Source: Chloroflexota bacterium
Lineage (GTDB): Bacteria; Chloroflexota; UBA5177; JANWHV01
Assembly: GCA_028287725.1 (NCBI GenBank)
Contig: JAQBPC010000392.1
Location: forward strand, 1 to 28,375
Direction: 5' to 3'
DNA: 28,375 nucleotides
The notes beneath the pieces were generated by a model that had not been told where the DNA came from, did no database searches, and was given only the letters and a program-made list of their open reading frames with translations. Below, one piece after another: positions 17,494 to 26,732 of this stretch. A program made the translations under genes and the position numbers. Each line of letters begins with the position of its first letter. Position 1 is the first letter of the stretch.

Positions 17494-18354
17494 TTACCGT
17501 CCTGCAAGCCCGGTTGTCATCACTGCCGCTCTGATTCGGCGCTGAAAGATCACGTAGAAGATCAAGGGCGGAGTCGCGACCAGCGCCGCGGCTGCCATCA
17601 ATGGGCCCACGGACTGGCTGGGCGCAAAGTTCAGTGCGGTGATCTCGACCGGCGCCGTGAACTTATCGTCGCTGCTCAGCGCGATTAATGGCCAGAAGAA
17701 GTCGTTCCAGGACGCCAGCCAGGTCAGCACCGCGAGAGTCACCAGCGCATTCTTGACCATCGGCAAATCCACACTCCAGAAGATCCGCACAATGTTGGCG
17801 CCGTCCATGGCGGCCGCTTCCTCCAGCTCGACGGGAATCGCCTGAAAAAACTGGCGCAGCAGAAACACGCCAAAGGCGCCCGCGGCGGCAGGCCATATCA
17901 GGGCATTGTAGCTGTTCAAGAAATGCAGATCGCGCATGAGCAAGAAGATAGGGATAAGCGTGACCTGTACGGGAACCATCAGGCTCAGCAGGATGATCCC
18001 GAAAATGACATTCGTGCCCGGCAGGCGCAGACGCGTGAACCCGTAGGCTGCCAGCGCATCTACCGTCAGTACGGCGAGCGTGGATGCCGTGGCCACGAAC
18101 ACGCTATTGGCAAGCGATCGCAGGAGAGGGCTGTCCAGACCGGCTTGGAAGAACGGCCGATAGTTGTCGAGCGTCGGATGGGGTGGGATCCAATAGACCG
18201 GGATATGTTGTGAGTCCTGCGGTGAATTGAAGGAGACCGCCAGCATATATGCGAACGGTACAATGGTGACCACGGTCATCAGGGCGAGGAAAAGATAGCG
18301 CAGTACGTCGAATGCCGCGTGCGGGCGCAACCGGAGCGTGGCGCTGGATGCCAT
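17494..18354 (-). CDS. Carbohydrate ABC transporter permease (MalG-like)
   Basis: 6 TM pattern; EAA loop ELEEAAAMDGA; WNDFFWPLI. Confidence 0.95.
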   Translation of the reverse strand: MASSATLRLRPHAAFDVLRYLFLALMTVVTIVPFAYMLAVSFNSPQDSQHIPVYWIPPHPTLDNYRPFFQAGLDSPLLRSLANSVFVATASTLAVLTVDALAAYGFTRLRLPGTNVIFGIILLSLMVPVQVTLIPIFLLMRDLHFLNSYNALIWPAAAGAFGVFLLRQFFQAIPVELEEAAAMDGANIVRIFWSVDLPMVKNALVTLAVLTWLASWNDFFWPLIALSSDDKFTAPVEITALNFAPSQSVGPLMAAAALVATPPLIFYVIFQRRIRAAVMTTGLAGR

Positions 18355-18377
18355 GATTATCGATGCTCCCCTCCGTA

Positions 18378-19307
18378 CTACAGTTCGAAGCGCTGGCCCA
18401 ACAGTCTAAAGAGGGCGGCAGTAAATGCACCCATGAGGACGGCAAGGGCCACGGCGATGGCCGAGGCATAGCCAAGATCGTAGAATTGCCAGGCGTTCTG
18501 GTAGAGATACTGGACGATACTCAACGAGGAGTAGCCCGGCCCGCCGGAGGTCATGATGTAGTTCTGGGCGAAAACTTGAAGATGGGCAATGACCAGAATC
18601 ACAAGGACAAAGAGGAGAGTCGGCCGCAGCAGGGGAAGCGTGATTGAGAAGAACGATTGAATGGTCCCTGCGCCGTCGATATGGGCGGCATCATAGAGGT
18701 CGTTCGGGATGTTGTACAGCCCCGCCAGAAAGATGAGCATCGGGAAACCGAAACCCCACCACACGGAGACGAGTGAGAGCGTGGGAATGACGGTCGTAGT
18801 GTTCGCCAGGAAACTGAAATTGCCCAGGCCAAAGGGTCCAAGGTAATAGTTGAGGGAGCCCGTGCTAATCAACTGGGTCATAATCACGCCCATGACCGCC
18901 GCGGACAGGGTGACGGGCGCGTAAAATATGGACTGGAAGAAGCTGCGACCGAAGAACCTATCTCGCACGGCAAGCGCAACTAACAGCGCCAGCGTCGTCT
19001 CGATTGCCACAGTTAGGCCTGCGAAGTAGACGGTGTTCTTGAGCGCCGTCCAGAAGAGCGTGTCGTCGATCAGTCTTTTGTAGTTGTCGAGCCCGGTGAA
19101 CGGCTGGTGCGAGGCAAGAATCTCCCAGTGAAACAGACTCATGTAGAAGCCGTAGAGAATCGGCCCAATTGAAAACGCGCCGAAAAACAGGAGATACGGC
19201 GCTATGAAAGCATAGTGCGGTAGCCGTCGTACGGTACGCCGCCATCTGTCGTGCCCGCTCTCCTTACGCGCACCTTGTACGGCTATCAGACCGGTCTGCG
19301 CTGCCAT
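18378..19307 (-). CDS. Carbohydrate ABC transporter permease (MalF-like)
   Basis: EAA loop DLYDAAHIDGA; FFSITLPLLRP; YGFYMS...F.GLDNY. GGAGGAG precedes ATG 19307 (the track starts at 19334). Confidence 0.95.
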   Translation of the reverse strand: MAAQTGLIAVQGARKESGHDRWRRTVRRLPHYAFIAPYLLFFGAFSIGPILYGFYMSLFHWEILASHQPFTGLDNYKRLIDDTLFWTALKNTVYFAGLTVAIETTLALLVALAVRDRFFGRSFFQSIFYAPVTLSAAVMGVIMTQLISTGSLNYYLGPFGLGNFSFLANTTTVIPTLSLVSVWWGFGFPMLIFLAGLYNIPNDLYDAAHIDGAGTIQSFFSITLPLLRPTLLFVLVILVIAHLQVFAQNYIMTSGGPGYSSLSIVQYLYQNAWQFYDLGYASAIAVALAVLMGAFTAALFRLLGQRFEL

Positions 19308-19334
19308 TGCTCCTCCGTCCAGGGATTCCGGCAT

Positions 19335-19374
19335 GCCTGCCCCATTTCGCTCTTACGGGCGAAAGGGGGCAGGC
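19335..19374 (-). other. Intercistronic stem-loop between the binding-protein and permease genes
   Basis: GCCTGCCCC/GGGGCAGGC (9 bp) plus TTTCGC/GCGAAA (6 bp), one mismatch between them. Confidence 0.65.
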
Positions 19375-19389
19375 GGTGAGAGAAGGGTG

Positions 19390-20778
19390 TTAGCCTAGCG
19401 TCCGATTGATCAGCTGGGTAGCCTGCTGAAGGGCTGCCTTTGGCGAACTCGTCCCTGTAAGCGCCGCTCCCCAGGCGGCCATGTAATATGTCTGCTGCTG
19501 GTTGTAATTCGGGCTGTACCACTCCAGACGGCCGAAGTCGCGTTGCTCGCGGGACAGCACCCCGGTCCACCAATTGCTATTGATGGCAGGGAGCTTCTTA
19601 TGCGATGTACGCGCCGGAATATGCCCAGATTCCAGCGATCCCCACGATGCCTGATCGGAGAGGAACGCGATCAGTCGGGCCACGACCTGAGTGTTCTGAT
19701 CGCTGATTCCCGCCGGAATGGACATCACGTGCGCGGTCCACCACACGGCCTTCTGTTTCGATCCCCACTGCGGCAACGGATACAGCCGAGTGACTGGGTA
19801 GTTGAGGCTCTTGAACACCGTCTTGAAGTTGTTCAGCCACCAACTTCCCTCAACCACCATTGCCAAGCGGTTCGACGCATATAAGGGTCCGGTCGCAGGG
19901 ACGTAGATGTTAGAGATTGGCACATGCGTATGATACTTCGTCGCAAGATCGGTCCAGTATTGCAGCGAGGCAACCGATTCAGGCTGGTCGAGCAGGCACT
20001 TGGTGTGCGCGGCATTGGTAATGGCGCCGCCTGATTGCCAGAGGTTGGAGATCTCGCTGTGGAAATACCAACCCATCGACACGCCGTAGTTCTGGATATT
20101 CCGCGAATCGAAGCCAGCCTGATCGGGATGGCGTCCGTGACTGTCCGTGGTCAAGCGAATGGCCCACTCGGTGAAATCGGGGCCTGTCATCGGCGGCTTG
20201 TCGGGATTCAGGCCCGCCTTGCGCACCAAATCCGTATTCATCCAGAACCCGATGATAGGATTCCACAATGGAATGCCGTAGACCTTGTTCTGCCAGCTGC
20301 CGACCGCGAGCTCGCCGGCGCTGAAGTCATTCTTCGGCAACAAATTCTGGCCAAAGATGAGGGCGTCAAGCGGCTGCAGCATATTGCGTGCGGCGAACTG
20401 TGGCAAACCGTAGGCGTCGTTGACGATGAAGTCAGGGGGTGAGCCGGCCAGAATGGAGGTTGGCACCTTCTGGTAATACACGCCCCAGTCAAGCGTCTCG
20501 TGGTGGATCTTGACGTCAGGGTTCTTCCGCACGAAGAGCGCGAGCATCTTGGCGAAAATAGCGCCGTCCGCGCCGCCCAGTCCATCCCAGATCGTGATCG
20601 TCTTGGTGCCTTTGCCGAGGTTGCTAACCACGGGCGTAGGAGGCGGAGCCGCAGCGGCATGAGCCGCGCCCGCCTGGGAGAGAAGTGTGCCGGATGCCGC
20701 GGCGGCCGCGGCGCCGGCGCCGGCCTTCTTGAGGAGTTCTTTGCGATTGATCGTGCCGTGCAAGCTATCGGATAACAA
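19390..20778 (-). CDS. Extracellular sugar-binding protein (SBP family 1) with Tat-like signal
   Basis: TTG start with GAGAGGAG RBS; NRKELLKK then Ala-rich h-region and AHA-A; ITIWDGLGG, PPDFIV, GKVYG-like NKVYGIP, FWMNTDL..KAGL, LAMVVEGSW. Confidence 0.92.
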   Translation of the reverse strand: MLSDSLHGTINRKELLKKAGAGAAAAAASGTLLSQAGAAHAAAAPPPTPVVSNLGKGTKTITIWDGLGGADGAIFAKMLALFVRKNPDVKIHHETLDWGVYYQKVPTSILAGSPPDFIVNDAYGLPQFAARNMLQPLDALIFGQNLLPKNDFSAGELAVGSWQNKVYGIPLWNPIIGFWMNTDLVRKAGLNPDKPPMTGPDFTEWAIRLTTDSHGRHPDQAGFDSRNIQNYGVSMGWYFHSEISNLWQSGGAITNAAHTKCLLDQPESVASLQYWTDLATKYHTHVPISNIYVPATGPLYASNRLAMVVEGSWWLNNFKTVFKSLNYPVTRLYPLPQWGSKQKAVWWTAHVMSIPAGISDQNTQVVARLIAFLSDQASWGSLESGHIPARTSHKKLPAINSNWWTGVLSREQRDFGRLEWYSPNYNQQQTYYMAAWGAALTGTSSPKAALQQATQLINRTLG

Positions 20779-20917
20779 CGGTGTACTCCTCTCGCCTCAA
20801 AGCAGACACAGGGATTCCGGTGGTATGCCCTTCCTACTGAACGCCAATCAGCGCATAGGCTTGCTCCTGCTCCGTCGGCATCGTGCCAATTCTCAACATC
20901 ACGAATTGCAGCCGTAA

Positions 20918-20931
20918 TGACAGCGATATCA
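20918..20931. promoter_or_regulatory. LacI-family operator 1 (at the start site of the ABC operon promoter)
   Basis: TGACAGCGATATCA, a CG-centred quasi-palindrome; 13/14 identical to the site at 21172. Confidence 0.75.
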
Positions 20932-20939
20932 TGCACGCC

Positions 20940-20968
20940 ACAATAGCGCATGCATCGCTCCCTGTCAA
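20940..20968 (-). promoter_or_regulatory. sigma70-type promoter for the SBP/permease operon
   Basis: On the minus strand: TTGACA (20968-20963), 17 nt, TATTGT (20945-20940). Confidence 0.75.
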
Positions 20969-21133
20969 GCGGACACGTCCAGTTCGATCTCGCGGCGTAG
21001 ATCTTCACCGCCGAATACACAGGAGATATTATGCGTTAACGTATCTATAGGAACCATATTGGAAGATAACCATGCGCACGACCTCGCTGGCTAGGGGGCG
21101 GCGTGTGCAGGGCGCGCCGGGCCGGCATGAGCC

Positions 21134-21162
21134 TTGACGGATGTAAACCGTTGTGCTACCGT
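21134..21162 (+). promoter_or_regulatory. sigma70-type promoter for the GH2 operon
   Basis: TTGACG (21134-21139), 17 nt, TACCGT (21157-21162), with a TGn extended -10. Confidence 0.65.
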
Positions 21163-21171
21163 TGGCCTTGA

Positions 21172-21185
21172 TGACAGCGGTATCA
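21172..21185. promoter_or_regulatory. LacI-family operator 2 (just downstream of the GH2 promoter)
   Basis: TGACAGCGGTATCA. Confidence 0.75.
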
Positions 21186-21308
21186 CGTGCCCAATTCCAG
21201 GAAGTGGTGGCGCCACGCTGAGCCGCGCACCGCCGCATCCTGGCACACGGGAGGCGCGGTGCCGAGAGCCAGACAACGCAGGCTGGCTGAACCGGCACAA
21301 GGGACAAG

Positions 21309-23183
21309 ATGGAGTTGATGAGCATGCATGGAGTTGAACTGCCGTTGCACCCGCGACCGCAGCTCGCGCGCGATCAGTGGGTGAATCTCCGCGGCGCCTG
21401 GGACTTCGCTTACGACGACCACCGGTGCGGCCTAGACCAGGAGTGGCAAAATCGGCCTGACGTCTTCGACCGCGCCATCGTGGTACCCATCCCGCCCGAG
21501 TCGCCCGCCAGCGGCATCGGCGATACGGCGTTCCATCCAGTCGTGTGGTACCGGCGGACGTTCGCGGCTAGCCTGGACGAGAGCCGGCGCCTCCTCCTGC
21601 ACTTTGGCGCCGTCGACTACCGCGCCTCCGTCTGGGTCAACGGCCAACTGGTCGTGACGCACGAGGGGGGTCACACGCCCTTCTCCGCGGACATCACCAC
21701 CGCCCTGCGTGAGGATGGCGACCAGGTCCTGGTGGTGCGTGCCGAAGACGACCCGAGCGACCTCGGCCAGCCACGCGGCAAGCAGGATTGGCTTCCGGAG
21801 CCGCACCAGATCTGGTATCACCGCACCACGGGCATCTGGCAACCTGTCTGGCTCGAGTCGGTCTTGCGCGCGCACATTGTCGACGTGCGCTGGACGCCGG
21901 ACGTGCCCGGACGCAAGCTCGGCCTGGCCGTCGCCTTCAGTATAGCCGGCAACGCGTTGTTGCTTCGCGCCACGCTCCGCCTCGGCGACCGTATCCTGGT
22001 CGACGACATGTACTCCGTACATGGACTGGGTCTGCTGCGCGACATCACTCTCGAGCGCGCAATCGCCAGCCTGGACTCGGATCTGATCCTCTGGTCGCCC
22101 GAGCAGCCAAGCTTGATCGATGTGACGCTCACCCTGCTGCAGGGCGATCGTGTCCTCGACGGGGTGCGGAGCTATGCCGGACTGCGCAGCGTCTCAATCG
22201 CCGACGGCCGCTTCCTCCTCAACGGTCAGCCTCGTTTCCTTCGCATGGTCCTGGAGCAGGAATATTGGCCGGAGTCGCATCTCGCGGCGCCTGGCGACGA
22301 CGCCATCAGGCGAGAGGTCGCGCTCATCCGCGAGGCAGGATTTATCGGCGTACGGATTCACCAGAAGATCGAAGATCCCCGCTTCCTCTACTGGTGCGAT
22401 CGCCTGGGCGTGCTCGTCTGGGGAGAAATGCCTGTCGCCTACCTGTTTTCGCCCACCGCCGCGACCCGCACGGTGAAGGAGTGGATCGAAGCGCTCCACC
22501 GTGATTACAGTCACCCCAGCATTGTTGCCTGGGTGCCGTTCAATGAAAGCTGGGGCGTCGCCGAATTGCCGCAAAGCGCGGCGCAGCGGCACTTGGTGCG
22601 GACGCTGTACCACCTGACCACGGCCCTCGATTCCACGAGGCCCGTCATCGGCAACGACGGCTGGGAGCACGTGGTGGGGGACATCATCACCGTGCATGAC
22701 TATAGCTTCGACAGCTCCACGCTGCGGGCCCGCTATGGCACGCCGGAAGCGGTGGAGCGGACCCTTCACCAGATCCAGCCTCATGCCCATGCCATCGTAT
22801 TGGACGCCCAAAGTCGACGCGATCAGGCGATCATGGTGACCGAATACGGTGGCATAGGCTATCGGCCCGATCCTGCTGTACCCTGGTATGGATACGGCAC
22901 CGTCGCGGACCAGGGCACCTACCTTGCCAAGTATCGCGAGCTGGCCGAGGCACTCCTGGACTGCCCCTCGATCGCGGGCTTCTGCTACACCCAGCTTACG
23001 GATACACTGCAGGAAACCAACGGGCTGTTCACGGAAGCTCGCACGCCGAAGCTGGATCTGGCGCTCCTCCGGGCCGTCAACGCTCGCCCCTCTCTGGCGG
23101 TGCCGGGCGAAGTCATGGCGCGTATGCAGGATGTACGGGGAGAGGTTCCGTGGGTGCCCGTGAGCCCGATGCTGTCCAGCTGA
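21309..23183 (+). CDS. Glycoside hydrolase family 2
   Basis: WVNLRGAWDF; LLHFGAVDYRASVWVNGQ...HEGGHTPF; GIWQPVWLE; FLLNGQP; acid/base WVPFNESWG; nucleophile region VTEYGG; GFCYTQLTD..QETNGL. Confidence 0.95.
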   Translation: MELMSMHGVELPLHPRPQLARDQWVNLRGAWDFAYDDHRCGLDQEWQNRPDVFDRAIVVPIPPESPASGIGDTAFHPVVWYRRTFAASLDESRRLLLHFGAVDYRASVWVNGQLVVTHEGGHTPFSADITTALREDGDQVLVVRAEDDPSDLGQPRGKQDWLPEPHQIWYHRTTGIWQPVWLESVLRAHIVDVRWTPDVPGRKLGLAVAFSIAGNALLLRATLRLGDRILVDDMYSVHGLGLLRDITLERAIASLDSDLILWSPEQPSLIDVTLTLLQGDRVLDGVRSYAGLRSVSIADGRFLLNGQPRFLRMVLEQEYWPESHLAAPGDDAIRREVALIREAGFIGVRIHQKIEDPRFLYWCDRLGVLVWGEMPVAYLFSPTAATRTVKEWIEALHRDYSHPSIVAWVPFNESWGVAELPQSAAQRHLVRTLYHLTTALDSTRPVIGNDGWEHVVGDIITVHDYSFDSSTLRARYGTPEAVERTLHQIQPHAHAIVLDAQSRRDQAIMVTEYGGIGYRPDPAVPWYGYGTVADQGTYLAKYRELAEALLDCPSIAGFCYTQLTDTLQETNGLFTEARTPKLDLALLRAVNARPSLAVPGEVMARMQDVRGEVPWVPVSPMLSS

Positions 23184-23212
23184 GTTCGCGTAGGCGAGGA
23201 AGGTCACGAGCA

Positions 23213-24307
23213 GTGTCGGTCACTATTCGGGAGGTCGCGAACGCGGCCGGTGTATCGCAGAAGACGGTCTCGCGTGTCATCAATAACGAGCCTCGCGTGC
23301 TGGCGCCCACCCGTGATCGTGTGCTAGCCGTGATTAAGGACCTGGGTTTCCATCCCAATCCGCTGGCACGCGGGCTTGCCACCAAGCTGACCCGAAACCT
23401 TGGCCTCATTGTGCCCGACGTTGCCAACCCCTTCTTTGCACGCGGCATCGATGGCTGCGTGGCCGTGGCCGAGCAGCACGGCTATAATGTCTTCCTCGCC
23501 ACTAAAGGCAGCAGCCTGCAGCGGGAAGTACAGCATGTCCGCGCGCTGCTCGGCCAGCATGTTTCCGGTATCATTTGCTGGGTCAGCGGCATTCCTGACG
23601 TCGCGCTGGAAGAGCTCATGGACGGCGTGGCGCACCACTGCCCCATCGTCTTTGTCGACCGCCCGCCCGATCCGGAGCCGGCGCGCCACCTGGTGCACAC
23701 TGCCGTGCTGGTCGACCAGCGCTACGTAGGAGAGCTGGCGACCCAGCACCTGCTATCCGAGGGTCGGCGCGCCATCGCGTACATAGGTGCCACAGAGGCT
23801 GGTCTAAGCGGCTGGGTTCCGGCGCAACGGCGCGCAGGCTACCGCGATGCCCTGCGGTCGGAGGGCCTTGAGCCAGCCGAGCGCTGGGAGCGGCAGATGG
23901 GTTACGGCACTATTCGCGAGGGCATGATTGCGGCGTCGACGCTGCTTGCCCAGAGGCCCCGCCCCGATGCCTTTTTTGCCTACAACGACCTGCTGGCAGT
24001 GGGCGCGTTGCTGGCGTGCAAGCGCAAGGGTCTGCGGGTACCGGATGATATCGCCATTATCGGCGTCGACAACACGGAGTTGGCGACGGTGACGGATCCG
24101 CCGTTGAGCTCGATTCGTCTCCACCAGTTCCAGACCGGATCGCATGCTGTTGCCTTGCTTCTGAGTCTGCTCAAGGCCGCTACCCCGGAGGAGTCTGCGG
24201 CGCTCTCCGAAACGAGTCTGCCGTTGCCCGACTTGGTAGTGCGCGGATCGACCAGTCTGCGTTCCCTTGCTCTGCCATCGCTGGAAGATATCGACGGCCT
24301 GCCATGA
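23213..24307 (+). CDS. LacI-family transcriptional regulator
   Basis: TIREVANAAGVSQKTVSRVIN HTH; GFHPNPLARGL; AFFAYNDLLAVG; GLRVPDDIAIIGVD. GTG 23213 follows GAGGAAGG (the track starts at 23150). Confidence 0.95.
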   Translation: MSVTIREVANAAGVSQKTVSRVINNEPRVLAPTRDRVLAVIKDLGFHPNPLARGLATKLTRNLGLIVPDVANPFFARGIDGCVAVAEQHGYNVFLATKGSSLQREVQHVRALLGQHVSGIICWVSGIPDVALEELMDGVAHHCPIVFVDRPPDPEPARHLVHTAVLVDQRYVGELATQHLLSEGRRAIAYIGATEAGLSGWVPAQRRAGYRDALRSEGLEPAERWERQMGYGTIREGMIAASTLLAQRPRPDAFFAYNDLLAVGALLACKRKGLRVPDDIAIIGVDNTELATVTDPPLSSIRLHQFQTGSHAVALLLSLLKAATPEESAALSETSLPLPDLVVRGSTSLRSLALPSLEDIDGLP

Positions 24308-24356
24308 AGGCTGCCTGCTTCCGGCCCCGAACCACGCCTTGAAAGGCTGTGTGACG

Positions 24357-25385
24357 ATGAGTACGGCCGTACCGACCACCATGCGGGCGGGGCGTTTCCT
24401 CGGTGGGGGTCGCATTGCCCTTGAGAGCAGGCAAGTGCCCGCACCCGGCCCAGGCGAGGTGCTGGTGAGAGTCCATGCGTGTGCCACCTGCGGCAGCGAC
24501 CGGCCTGCCTGGGAACACGGCTCGAGCATAACGCCCGGCCACGAAGGCTCCGGTACCGTCGTGGCATGCGGCCCTGGCGCCACGCTTCCAATCGGTACGA
24601 GGGGAGCAATCTACCTCGTCGCGTACTGCGACGCCTGCCGCATGTGCCGGCGCGGTGAGACTGGAGCCTGCCTGCGAAAGGAGCGCATGATTGGCTTCAC
24701 GCACGACGGCGCGTATGCAGAGTACGTGGCTGTGCCAGAGAGATGTGTCCTGCCCATCGACCCTGAAATGGACCTCGACAACGCCAACATGCTGCTCGAC
24801 GTGCTCGGCACCACATTCCACGCGATCCGGCGTTCTCGGGTGGCGCCAGACCAGATCTTCGCTGCGTGCATTATGGGTGCCGGCCCTATCGGCCAGGGCG
24901 CAATTATCGCGCTCCGCGGGTTAGGAGTGTCCAACATCTATGCTGTCGATATCAACCCATTCCGGTTGGAGATGGCGACCAAGCTCGGCGCACTGGCAAT
25001 CGACGGTCGTGAAGGCAACGTCGTGCAGCGCATCCGAGCGGCGGTGCCAGATGGGCCCGACCTTGTGCTGGAAGCGACCGGGAATCAAGTGGCCCAGCGG
25101 CAAGCGATCGATATGGTTGCGGCCGATGCCCCGGTCGTCGTCGTGGGGCATTCGCCAAACCCATTCGAGGTCCGCTCGAGCGTCGACTTGATTGCTCAGG
25201 AGAAGTTGCTCATTGGTTCCGAGTATTTCGGCGTAGCGGAATACCCGGACAATCTCGCGATGCTCCGCATGGGACACGTCGATCCAATGCCCGTGATCAC
25301 CCATCGCATGCCGCTTGACCAGATTGAGGAAGCATTCAAGTTGTTCTGGTCGGGAGCGACCGGGAAAGTGCTGATCTATCCATGA
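24357..25385 (+). CDS. Zinc-dependent medium-chain dehydrogenase (sugar/polyol dehydrogenase-like)
   Basis: ATCGSD, GHEGSG, structural Zn CDACRMC...C, GAGPIG Rossmann motif. The start could be 24357 or 24381. Confidence 0.93.
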   Translation: MSTAVPTTMRAGRFLGGGRIALESRQVPAPGPGEVLVRVHACATCGSDRPAWEHGSSITPGHEGSGTVVACGPGATLPIGTRGAIYLVAYCDACRMCRRGETGACLRKERMIGFTHDGAYAEYVAVPERCVLPIDPEMDLDNANMLLDVLGTTFHAIRRSRVAPDQIFAACIMGAGPIGQGAIIALRGLGVSNIYAVDINPFRLEMATKLGALAIDGREGNVVQRIRAAVPDGPDLVLEATGNQVAQRQAIDMVAADAPVVVVGHSPNPFEVRSSVDLIAQEKLLIGSEYFGVAEYPDNLAMLRMGHVDPMPVITHRMPLDQIEEAFKLFWSGATGKVLIYP

Positions 25386-26398
25386 CCGTCTTGCCAACGA
25401 ATGCTCAGTTGCGTGTCGCGGTTATCGGCTACGGCGGGTGGGGCAAGGTTCATCTGGAGGCCTACCGCAGTAATCCGCTAACACAGCTGGCGGCCCTGTG
25501 TGGGCGCGATCCAGAGCGCGTTGCCAAGACGGCGACATGCTATAGTGCACACCCGTATACCAACATCGGCCAGATGCTAGAAGCGGAACGGCCCGATCTC
25601 GTGTCGGTAATTCTGCCGGACGCCAAACACTTCGAGCCGACATTGCAGGTACTCGAAGCGGGCATCCCTTGTTTCGCAGAGAAACCGCTCACCATGGACC
25701 TGGGTGAGGCTGAGCGCCTACTGGCAGTAGCGAAGCAGCGTGGCGTGCGTTTCGGCATCAACTTCAACCACCGATACAGCACGCCGTTTCAGCGCGCCAA
25801 GGCGTACGTGGACGGCGGCAAGCTTGGCAGACCAGCGTACTTCCTCTGGAAGTTCACGGGCGGCCACTTCCCCGAGGGCCAGCCCTCGCTGCAGCACCTG
25901 TTGTACATGCAGAGCCACGGCTTTGACATGCTGCGCTGGCTTGGCGGCCCGGTGCGCGAGGTCAGCGCGCTAGGTGCGGATCCTCGTGGTGAGGGATTGC
26001 TTACCACGGCCACCGTGTTGTTGTCTTTCGCAAGCGGCGCGGTGGGCACGCTGATCGCCAGTGTCGACGGCAGCTATGCCGACCCGCACAACCATGAATT
26101 CGAATGCCTTGGCCTGGGTGGCCGCATTCGTGTCACGGGCGTCCTGCGGCGCTTCGAATGGTCACCGCGCGCCTCACGCGAGGGAACCACCATCTGGGAA
26201 CCCGGATTTTTCGATGACCGCGCGCGCGATTTTGCGGCTACCACGGCGACGCATATCGACCGTTTCGTCAGGGCGCAGTTGGCGGGAGAGCCTGTGCCGG
26301 TGCCGGCCGAAGATGGACTCGAGGCTCTAAAGCTGGGCCTCGCTGCCATAGAGTCGGCGCAGACCGGCAGGCGCGTGCTCGTCGAGTCGTCGAGTTAA
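25382..26398 (+). CDS. Gfo/Idh/MocA family oxidoreductase
   Basis: VAVIGYGGWG..H; FAEKP; FNHRY; SHGFDMLRWLGG. ATGA overlap with the upstream gene. Confidence 0.93.
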   Translation: MTVLPTNAQLRVAVIGYGGWGKVHLEAYRSNPLTQLAALCGRDPERVAKTATCYSAHPYTNIGQMLEAERPDLVSVILPDAKHFEPTLQVLEAGIPCFAEKPLTMDLGEAERLLAVAKQRGVRFGINFNHRYSTPFQRAKAYVDGGKLGRPAYFLWKFTGGHFPEGQPSLQHLLYMQSHGFDMLRWLGGPVREVSALGADPRGEGLLTTATVLLSFASGAVGTLIASVDGSYADPHNHEFECLGLGGRIRVTGVLRRFEWSPRASREGTTIWEPGFFDDRARDFAATTATHIDRFVRAQLAGEPVPVPAEDGLEALKLGLAAIESAQTGRRVLVESSS

Positions 26399-26732
26399 CT
26401 CCGCTCCGCGGCCTTGATGGGAGCTCGGGGCCATTTAAATGGTGAAAATATCGACCCCCCTCCGGGCTGCGACGCCTGCCCTGCAGAATTGGACGGGTGC
26501 GCGATCCATCGGGACACGGGTATAGACAAAGCGTCATAGGTGCTCTCTCTCGCTGCCTGATCGCTCCACAACCAAGGCCAAGCAGTCACCCGCTTCGTCC
26601 GAAGAATGCACCGCTCGACTGTTGCCAGCCACTTCGACTTACCGAGAGATATGCGCCAATAGCTTGTTTCCAAGAAGACAGGCCAAACAGCTCAATAATC
26701 TCTCCAGCCTCATGGTTGTGGCCATTGCCGTA

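Noticed and set aside
26431-26442. 12-bp AT-rich palindrome CCATTTAAATGG after the Gfo/Idh/MocA stop
   Set aside because: Single occurrence with no associated promoter or gene; no function can be supported.
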